From Eledone cirrhosa (taxonomy: Eukaryota), in NCBI GenBank assembly GCA_964016885.1, contig OZ024744.1, forward strand, positions 80,786,001-80,850,000: a DNA stretch of 64,000 nt. Direction: 5' to 3'. The notes under the pieces are model-generated. The model was not told the origin of the DNA. It worked only from the letters and a program-made list of their open reading frames with translations, and searched no databases. This document shows positions 41,505 through 51,649 of this stretch, one piece after another. The translations under genes were made by a program, and so were the position numbers. Each line of letters begins with the position of its first letter. The first letter of the stretch is position 1.

Positions 41505-41714
41505 ACATATAAATCGAAGGGAAAAAAGTAAGCGGGTGTTCTCAGCAGGGGTTTTAACCCCCAGGGAACCCTTTGATTAAAATGAAATATACGTAAGAAA
41601 TCAAATGGGCATGAGCCTCACACATGTGTCAAGTTTCATCAAGATCGGTTTGGTAGTTTTTTGAGTTTTAGGTTCACAAACAAACAGACAGAAATTGCCA
41701 TTTATGTATATAGA
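41505..41714 (-). mobile_element. Second copy of the Helitron 5' end
   Basis: Closely matches 38640-38843, including the A|TC start. Confidence 0.8.
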
Positions 41715-43689
41715 TTAGAAATATCGTAACAAAAGTGTAAATCTGTTAAATCACCTTATCGAACATTTCAAACTTTGTTTCATTTATTTTGTGATTCAAA
41801 TGTCAGTGACAACAAATGCCACTTATAGTTTGCAGTTGTATGGTTAGTTGTAGGAAGGGATACACCTATAAATAGATCTGATCCTACAACTTATATGTAA
41901 ATATATACATTTTGAAATATGTTCTTTAACCAACAATCTATAGAATATTTTCTGTATAAACTACTCACTTTTCTTCTCTTTGTGATAGCTTAACGATATC
42001 TATGGTCCTAAAGTATATAGATGTTAGCTGTAGTACACTTGGGCAACTTGGTAATTCTTGTCATTCACCTCAGAGAGGTTCTGAAATGTAGGTCTATAAC
42101 AGTAATACACTTGGGCATTGACCACAGAAACGTTCCTCTGTCCAGGTGTATAACAGTAATACACATGGGGAAATTGGTGAACTAGCCATTGACCTCTGTC
42201 CAGATCTATAGATGGTAGAAGTAATACACTTTGGGAATTCTGGCCATTGACCTCAGAAAGGTTCCTTTGTCCACCATTGTGTGTCTGTCATTGTAACAAT
42301 CTAACATTGCCAGAACAATGGATTACAGAACAGGCAGATCAGTCCTTCTAAGAACTTCAGACAACTCCAATAATTTCAACAGACTGATAAAATTCTTCTT
42401 CTTCACCCACTTACTCCTGAGAGGGTCAAATACTCCTTCCAGCAGGTCCTGTCAGAAGGAACCATCTCCAACTGATCTAGCTAGATCCCCAATTGTGACC
42501 AGCCAAGCTCATGGATGTTATCCAAACATTTTGCCGGGATCTACCCTTGGGTCTCCTGCCAGTTGCTTTTGCCCGTAAAATCTGTCCAGCGATTCTTTTG
42601 AGAGACATTCTAACCAAAATTCAGAGAAGTAGCAGCTCTACCTGGAGTGACTCCCTGATCTCTGAGCTACGCACTCTATCGAGTAATGTTATTCCAACGA
42701 CCCTTTGGAGGAACCCCATTTACGCCACTTGTATTCGCGATCGTATTCTTTCGGTCATAACCCAAGACTCTATGAGTCGTCAAATGATAAATTTATAAAC
42801 ATAAATAGTTGATATGTAAATAAATATTAAACTTCAATAGACATTAAAACCATGTAAAACAGAAAAAAATTTCAAGGTCTTTCTTGTATGTTACACCTAC
42901 ACTTAAGCAAACAAAATGCATCAATCCAAAAGACAATACACAGAAGACAAATAAAAGTTAAAACATTTTTACCCCCAATAGATTTGACTTATCACACCAG
43001 TAACACCATTAATGCCCAGTAAAAGACAACAAGCATTTTAACCCTTTAACATTTACATTACTCTATATTTACTATTATATTTTCATGGTAAAGGCTTTGC
43101 TTTACATTATAATCTCACATAATATCGAATCTACAAGATTTTGATATTATGTATTTTGAGAACAATTAGTGGCCATTTACAGCTGGTCAGAACAGAAAGA
43201 GGTGAGAGAATTCTGGCCGGATACGGTCGCTTTAAATGCTAAAGGGTTAATAATCTTCTGATAAAGAAAACATTTCAAACACAAATGATAGGCTATGTGA
43301 TATAGGAAGTAAAATATACCCATGTAAATTCACCTTGAGGCCCAACCTATGGCCAAGCGACCTTGGCAATTCAATCCCTCACCCCATTACCAAAAAAAAA
43401 TAAAATAAATAAAATTATAAGTGGCTAGTTACAGCTGGTTTGAACAGAAAGAGGTGAGAGAGTTCTGGTCAGATATGGCCTGTTTAAATACTAAAGAGTT
43501 AAAGCAATTATTGTTTGACCGACTGATATTTTCACAAAAAGAAATTCCTTGAATTCTTGAAATTAATTAGATAAGTATTGTAATGGAAAATAAAGTTTGC
43601 AACAACTGATTACTAAACATGGCATGATAAAAAGTACTTAGTCTACACCGCAAGGTGATAGTGTTGTTGGCATAAAAAAAAAACCCATC

Positions 43690-44125
43690 TAGTTTATCCT
43701 GTAAGCTGGTAGTGTTGGTGCCACAAAAAACAAAACAAAAAAAAAAACATCCAGTTTACCCTGTAAGGTGGTAGTGTTGGTGCTATGAACAAAAGCACCC
43801 AGTGTATTTAGTAAGGTGGCAGTGTTGGTACCATGAACAAAAGCACCCAGCCCACCCAGAAAGGTGGTAGTGTTGGTACCATGAACAAAACCACTCAGTC
43901 CACCCGGTAAGGTGGCAGTGTTGGTGGCATGAACAAAACCACTGCCGGAGGCATGATACAATGCTCCCAGTACATGCTATAAAGTGGCTGTTGTTAGGAA
44001 GAGCCTGAAGCCAAAGAGAACATACATGCAAAACATGGGTACCCGACTAGTCTACCTTCAATACATGACAACCCATCCAACCCATTCAAAAATGGAAAAT
44101 AAACATTAAACAACAATGATGATAT
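43690..44125 (+). repeat. ~49-bp minisatellite expansion inside a SINE/LINE 3' module; similar array at 33170-33345(-)
   Basis: Five to six units of taaggtggtagtgttggtaccatgaacaaaagcacccag, then ttaggaagag and an RTE-type tail. Confidence 0.8.
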
Positions 44126-46002
44126 AACAAGGAAACTCAGAGATACAGCACTTGGAAATGTAAAGAAGAGATTAGAGAAAACAAAAGACTAGTGAAAGCC
44201 ATTTTGATAACAATAACAAGATGATAACATTAAACAAGCAAAGAGATTAGTAGTGACTAATTTTGATAACAATAACTAGTTTATAACATTATCTCTCACT
44301 ATAATAAACTGCTTCAACTGTATATACAATACAATTTGGTCATTACAAAATAGTATGGTATTATTCTTAGTTGTGGGTTTCAAAGTTTGAGGCCTTGTGT
44401 CTGTTAGAAACAAAACATTTTTTTATCCAGTATTCACTAACTCTTAACACCCTATACCCCATGAAACCACATTAACAATACATTCTTCTTATTCTCCCAC
44501 TTATTCCTGATGGATCCTGTCAGAAACAACCGTCTCCAACTGTTCCGGCTGAATCCCCAAGCAAGACCAGTCAAGCTCACGGATGTTATCCAACAATCTT
44601 GCTTGGGGTCTACTCGTGGGTCTCTTGCCCGTTGGTTTTGCCCGTAAAATCTGTCTAGCAATTCTTTCCTGAGACATTCTAACAACAATCCCATAGTATC
44701 AGAGCTGTGATCTCTCAATTTAGTTTACTCCACATTTTCATAACAATCTGTCCATTAGTGAAGATACTACAAACATTTGAATTAATAACCCACATGAAAC
44801 CTCATTAAGAAGACATCCTTGAAAAGTACAAAACAACATTATGACTGTATCACATCAAAAATTAAAGTTTTTAGTTTACTGACAATTTTCACAACAATCA
44901 ATTAGTAAAGATACTAACATTTAAATTAAACCATTTTTAGATAATATTTAATTAAATCATTACGGGATGTTAATAAAAAAATATATATAATTAAACTGAG
45001 AATCATCTAAATTTGTGATTTATGTTTCAATTCACACCACAAAGACCAACTCTTAACATCATGGGTCACATTAGCAAAACATTCATGAAAAATACAAAAC
45101 AGCTCTAACTGCACCACAAACAATGTATTCACTAGTAAAGATACTATAAACATTTAAATTGACAAGCCTATTTTTCAGATATTTTCTACTAAATAATTAC
45201 AGGATATTAAGAGTTAACCTTCAAGGCTCAAGAATACCAAGTTGTTGTGGGTCAAGCAAAATAGTGAGCATACCATACACCAGGGGTACCCAAAATGGTA
45301 AACACTGACATCCAGAGATTGATAAGACTTCTCAAGGGGTCAATTGAACTATTGAACTAAAACCTGATATTTACATAAGAAATGAAAATAACGTAAAATA
45401 ATATATATATTTAGTCTTTATTGTCTTCATGTGACGGTTAGAGCGTTGGACTTGCAATCATGAGGGTATGAGTTCAATGCCCAGAAGATGATGCATTGTG
45501 TCCTTGAGCAAGACACTTTATTTCACATTGATCCAGTTTACTCCAGTTTACTCAGCTGTAGAAATGAGTAACAACCTAATCACTAGGTCATATGTGTTGA
45601 CTAAAGCTGTTATAATAGTCTCGAATGAAGTCTCTGAACTTGTCTGGGGCATGGTACCTGTTCAGTGGCCCTTAAACCAGCTTATGGGGTATGGACCCAT
45701 AAGATATGCAGACATAGCGAGTGTATCTGTTATAGTATGTATGTGTGTGTGTGTGTATTCGTGTAGTAAGTGTGTGTGTGTTTTCATTGGGGTTTCTATT
45801 TCTTACAAGGTGTGTATGTGTAGTGGGCTCTTGGCAGGGTGTATATGAATTAATGTAGTGAGTGTATATGTGCATATATAGTACGTCGTGACTTAGGCAT
45901 GTGATTTCATATATATATATATATATATATATAATTTCACATATATGATAAACATATACATAACACCCACCCACCCACACATACATAGATGTACACATAT
46001 AC

Positions 46003-46342
46003 ATCATTTATCATTTCATTTCACGTCCACTTTTCCCTGCTTGCAAGGGTGGGACGGGAACTGATTCTGGCTTGATTTCTACAGCTGGATGCCCTTCCTA
46101 ACACCAACCTCATTTACAGTGAGTGCTGGGTGCTTTTTTTGCCGTGGTACCTCCACGACCACTTTGCAGTGGAATGATAGGGACCCTAGTCCCTATCATC
46201 TCATTTCTACAGCTGAGTAAACTGGAGCAATGCGAAAAAAAGTGTCTTGCTCAAGGAAACAACACATCACCCGGTCTGAGAATTGAACTCCCAACCTTTC
46301 GATTGCAAGCCCAATGCTCTAACCACTAAGCCATGTGCCTCC
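46003..46342 (-). mobile_element. Full-length tRNA-derived CORE-type SINE with RTE-derived tail; 5'-truncated copies at 12405-12670, 14983-15258 and 56579-56811 (all minus)
   Basis: A box tggcttagtgg, B box gagttcaattc and CORE-like tttccttgagcaagacact...ctccagtttactcagctgtagaaatg are followed by sequence shared with LINE 3' ends and a TGA-rich tail. Confidence 0.88.
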
Positions 46343-46358
46343 ATACATATATATTATA

Positions 46359-46390
<32 letters not shown>

Positions 46391-46713
46391 GTTTGTGTGT
46401 GTGTGTATATATGTGTGGAAGAAGATAGATGTTAAACGACGATGATGATGATATATATATATATATACACATATACACACGTGTGTATATACCCTTGCAA
46501 GCAGGGAAAAGCAGACGTAAAATGATGATGATGATGATGATGATACACAATTCAAGAGTAACCAATCTTAAAGAGAGAGATGGAGATAGGAGAGGAGAGA
46601 TTGGTGAATTAGTAAGAAGCCAAAGCGTAAAGGCATGTGCTCAATGTGCAATATGCAGTGAAAAGCAGCTAGGTGGCTGGGTTCATGCAGAGGTTAGGTG
46701 CACAGAGCTGGAA

Positions 46714-46886
46714 ATATTCATTAGTTAAGCAAAACAAGACCACACATTTCACAAGGAAGACATTATTAAAAGATTGTCAACATATTTTAGTTTAATGTAA
46801 GGAATCAAACTAAAATATGTTGACAATCTTTTAATAATGTCTTCCTTGTGAAATTTGTGGTCTTGTTTTGCTTAACTAATGAATAT
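46714..46886. repeat. Long near-perfect hairpin (80-bp arms, 13-nt loop)
   Basis: 46714-46793 is the reverse complement of 46807-46886 with one visible mismatch. Confidence 0.9.
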
Positions 46887-47151
46887 ATATATATGTATAT
46901 ATATATGTGTGTATATATATATGTATAAATATATATATGTGTGTGTATATATATGTGTGTTATAGCTACTGTCGCTCAGAGAGTGGGATTGGCTCAGTGC
47001 ACAGTCTTTCGTCACTTAAAAAATATCTTCACGCACAGGCATTGCACGATAGAATTAATTAACTATTATTAATAATGGTATATCGTGGAATGGCCATACT
47101 CGATAACGAGGGGGCAGTCATCATCATATATATATATATGTGTATATATAT

Positions 47152-47210
47152 ATATATAGTATAACAAAGTTGTTTCGTTGCACATCTGCAACATCATCAG
47201 TGATACTATT
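47152..47210 (-). ncRNA. Type I hammerhead-ribozyme-like motif
   Basis: Minus strand atagtatca-CTGATGA-T-GTTGCA-gatg-TGCAAC-GAAAC-aacttt-GTT-atactat has the catalytic core, a perfect 6-bp stem II and an offset stem I (atagtat/atactat). Confidence 0.55.
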
Positions 47211-47344
47211 ATACTATTGTGTTGTATTGTAGTGTTTACACCATTTTTATTTTATTTATTTATTTTTGTCTCCGTCTCTTCGTATGTGTGTATAATGTTT
47301 GGTGTGAGTGTTCGCTTTTGGGTGTATGTGTTTTGGTTTTTATA

Positions 47345-49163
47345 TTCCAAAAGATTGGTGCAGTAGCATCATTGTCAACTGCTACAAAGGTAAAGGCGAT
47401 GCACTAGATAGAGGAAACTATAGAGGTATAAAGTTGATGGACCAGGTCATGAAAGTAACAGAAAGAGTTATAGCACAGCTGATTAGGGACCGGGTGAATA
47501 TAGACGAGATGCAATTTGGGTTTGTACCAGGGAAAGGCACCACTGATGCCCTCTTCCTTGTGAGGCAATTACAGGAAAAGTACCTAGCTAAAAGTAAGCC
47601 ACTCTACTTGGCATTTGTCGACCTTGAGAAAGCCTTTGACAGAGTTCCACGTGTAGTAATCTGGTGGGCTCTTAGAAAACTAGGAGTAGATGAATGGCTT
47701 GTGAAAGCGGTACAAGCCATGTATAGGGGAGCAGTCAGCAAAGTTAGGATTGGCAATGAGTATAGCGAGGAATTTAGCGTACAGGTTGGGGTCCACCAGG
47801 GCTCTGTTCTTAGCCCTCTCCTGTTCATCATAGTCCTGCAGGCAATAACGGAGGAGTTTAAGACCGGATGCCCATGGGAACTCCTGTATGCTGATGAGCT
47901 CGCACTCATAGCTGAATCTATGGTAGAACTAGAGAATAAATTCCAAACCTGGAAGCAGGGACTAGAGAGAAAGGGCCTCAAAGTCAACATGACAAAGACT
48001 AAGGTCCTTATAAGTAGACGAGAAAACAGAACCCAGATCCCCTCAGGGAAATGGCCTTGCTCAGTATGTAGGAAAGGTGTAGGTAGGAACTCCATTCTTT
48101 GCCCCAAATGCAAACAATGGGTACACAAGAGATGTAGCGGGATCTCAGGAAGCTTAATTAAGAATGTAGGATTCACATGCAGCAGCTGTGCTGAAACAGC
48201 AAGCAAACAGCCACAGGAAACAAGTACCACCAATCTCTGGGAGGGCCCTGTAGAAACAGTAGACAGCTTCTGCTACCTAGGTGACCGAATTAGCAACGGA
48301 GGTGGGTGCTCAGAAAGTACAATAACTAGGGTAAGAACGGGATGGAAGAAGTTTAGGGAACTACTACCACTGCTAGCTGCAAAAGGCTTCTCCCTCAGAA
48401 TGAAAGGCAGACTGTATGATGCGTGTATCCGAACAGCGATGTTGCATGGTAGTGAGACCTGGGCGCTGAAGGTGGAAGACTTACGTAGATTAGAGAGAAA
48501 CGAAGCCTGCATGCTCCGATGGATGTGTAACAGTAATATACGTGAACGACAAAGCATAAATGAATTGAGAGAGAGACTGAGCATAAGAGGAATCAAATGC
48601 TGCGTGCAGGAGAGGCGGTTACGCTGGTATGGACATGTGATGCGTATGAAGGATGACAGCTGCATAAAAAGGTGCAGAGCACTAGAAGTTGATGGAAACC
48701 GCGGAGTGGGGAGACCCAAGATGACTTGGGATGAGGTGATAAAAGCCGACCTTACCCAACTACACCTCTCAAAGTCAATGACACACGACCGTGACTTCTG
48801 GCGTCACGCAGTAATACAGGGTACCCGACCTCCCATGGGTACATGCTGAAGCATATAAACAATATGCCCCCCCCCCCCCCCCCACCGCAAGGTGGTCGTG
48901 GAGGTGCCACGGCAAAAAAGCACCCAGCCCACACTGTAAAGTGGACGTGTAGGCGCCACGAAAAAGCACCCAGCACTCACTGTAAATGAGGTTGGTGTTA
49001 GGAAGGGCATCCAGCTGTAGAAATCAAGCCAGATCATTTCCTGTATGAGCAAGGCATGGTCAGCCGACCAGACACTGCCCACAACAGGACAACCCGTCTA
49101 ACCCATGCTAGCGTGGAAGAACGAACGTAAAACGGTGATGATGATGATGATGATGATGATGAT
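47345..49163 (+). mobile_element. 5'-truncated young RTE-clade LINE (family A): RT + PHD finger + C-terminus, 3'UTR and (GAT)n tail
   Basis: Uninterrupted ORF to 48849 with NYRGIKL, QFGF, FVDLEKAFDRV, GVHQGSVLSP, YADE, FCYLG, RLRWYGHV and GRPK motifs. The 3'UTR ends in a CCATGCTAGCGTGG stem-loop plus (GAT)n. The first ~13 aa of the ORF track come from flanking DNA. Confidence 0.95.
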
Positions 49164-49869
49164 TCTCTTTGTTTATTAGTGTGTGTTTATATGTGTTTGT
49201 TGTTATTGTACCTGTGTATATATTTATTTATATTTCTCTTAAGTCAGTATATATATGTATATATATATGTGTATATATATATGTGATTCACTACATCAAA
49301 AAGGTTGCTCATGCTTGGTATATACCACCAGCATACAAAACACTATACTTCATGAGGTGTTGTTTATGGAAGACACAGACAAATTTCACATGCTATAAAT
49401 GGTGTCAGTATGAATATATTCATAGAAACTAACACATGTACACACACACATGTGTGTGTGTGTGAATGACACTTCAGATGTATTAAGAACATGACAACAT
49501 TGCTAATGTTGGGGTAATCTACATAATAAATGTACCCAATACACTATAATGTAATTGGTGATAGGAAAGCTTGCCAAACAAAGGATTAGAATGACTCTTC
49601 AGTTATGTCAAAGACATAACCTTCCTAGTGTTGGTGATCTACACAATAAACACACCCAGTACACACTGTTATAGCGGTTGGTGATAGGAACGGCATCCAG
49701 CCATAGAAAGTTTGCCAAACAAAGAGTTTGGTGGACCCTTCAGTTGTGTCAAAAACATGACAGCCTTTCTAGTGCTGGAGCCATGTTAAAATGCTCTCGG
49801 TAGAGTGTGGGACTGTTTGTAAGCAAGATATGGCCTCCTGATGGTGATTGTGTGTGTGTGTAACAAGTA

Positions 49870-50062
49870 AACAGAAATAAAAAGCAAACAATACAGTACA
49901 AACGATAGGATTTCTTGCAATTTCTGTCTATCAAAATTTACTCCCAAGGCATGTTCGCCAGAGGCTATAGCAATAAAAGACACTTGTCCAAAGTGTCACA
50001 CAGTGTGACAACCTTAAAACCACAAGATTCTGAAGCAAAACTCTTAACCAGCCATGCCTTCA
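49870..50062 (-). mobile_element. Decayed tRNA-derived SINE; similar relic at 28570-28700(-)
   Basis: Degenerate A box tggctggttaag followed by ttggacaagtgtctt...ctatagcctc body. Confidence 0.55.
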
Positions 50063-50870
50063 CATGTAACCATAGATATTTAAACTGAGCAATCATCTAT
50101 TTATCAGTCATACGAGGTTGGAAGGTCCTACACAGTTAATATTACTCGTCTTCCTTCAACAAATTAATTGCAACAAAAACACTCCCACTAGTAAAAATGA
50201 TTTCTAATTTAGTCACAAAGCCAAAGCTAACCTCAGCAGGATTTGAGCCCAGAACATAAAGGGTTGTCTGTAACAGTGCTGCAAAGCATGTTGTTCAATG
50301 TTCTACTGATACTGCCACCCCCCACCCTACTCCCACTATTAATAATGATGATTTCTACTATAGATAAAGGCCAGCAATTTGGTGAGAGGGGAAAGTCGAT
50401 TAAATCGACTCCAGTGCATTACTGGTACTTTATTCTGTCAACCCCGTAAAGATAAAAAGCAAAGCTAACCTCGGCAGGATTTGAACCCAGAAAGTAAGGG
50501 GCCATAACTATGCCACTAAGCCTGGTGTCCGACACTCCACCGATTCAGCCAATCCACCGTCCTTCTAGTAGTAATAATAACATTTCTTCACAAAGAGTCA
50601 GGAGGACTCTTCAGGAATTGCCAAACCTTTTTATTACCATCAAACCCCTTCATGGAATCCTTGAAACCTTATTGATCCCAAATATATAGAAAAAAGAAAT
50701 CAGTAAATAAATAAATCAGTAATCAGAATACATATAATAAATAAACAATAAAAACCTAATTATATATAATTACTCTGAAACCAGAAACCTGTATAAGCAA
50801 GTTATATTTTATTGTATTATTGTTTTATGTTTGTTATACTAGAATGTTTTTCCATACACTGGTGCATATG

Positions 50871-50905
<35 letters not shown>

Positions 50906-51649
50906 AAAATCGACCACAGAAGAAGAAAACTATGTGTTTATAAAATTTTTATATTCTTCACTGATCGTCTGCTATTTCTTACATCAGATGTAAAGAGAGG
51001 AGTAGTATGAGGTAGTCATAACAACAGTGATAGCAGCACCCTGTTTTTGCTGTAAAGAGAGAGGAGTAATATGAGGTAGTAGTTTTTTTCACCATCCTCT
51101 TCCATCCTTTTACACACACAAATACATTCACGCAGCCAAGAGACATGAAGAGAGAGGAGTAGTATGAGGTAGTCAAACTACTCCTCTCTCTTTACGTGTT
51201 GTGACAGAATCGCAGAAATTTATATATAGATTCATTTCTTATACTGAAAAGTTAAACTGACTTCCTGGGTAGTCAGTCCCATCTAGCCCTGGGGCTCAGT
51301 TGATAGTAACCCCTTTAGAGACCCTTGTTGGTTTGTAAGATTCATTTCTTATACTGAAAAGTTAAACTAACTTCCTGGGTAGTCATATCTAGCCCAGGGG
51401 GTTGGTTGATAGTATGTCTCGTTGCTTTGTATTTAATATTGCTAGCACAGTGAGGAAAGTGAACAGGAAGAGATACAGAAGAACAGAGAGATAGAATGAG
51501 AAAAGGGGAGAGAGTGAAAAAGAGAGGGGAAAGAGAAAGAAAAACGGAAAGGGGAAGAGAAAGAGAGAGTGAGAAAAAGAGAAAGAGAAAGAGGGGAGAG
51601 AGAAATGGAGAGACAGAGAGAAATAGGGGAGAGAGAAAGAGAGAGATGA

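Noticed and set aside
46270-46342. tRNA genes (also 1855-1925 and the tggcagtatcgg heads)
   Set aside because: A/B boxes run into SINE bodies, with no complete acceptor stem or poly-T terminator; these are SINE heads.
47604-48719. Antisense ORFs of 209 and 148 aa, and similar ones in other LINE copies
   Set aside because: Shadow frames opposite the RT ORF, broken at different places between families, with no recognisable domain.
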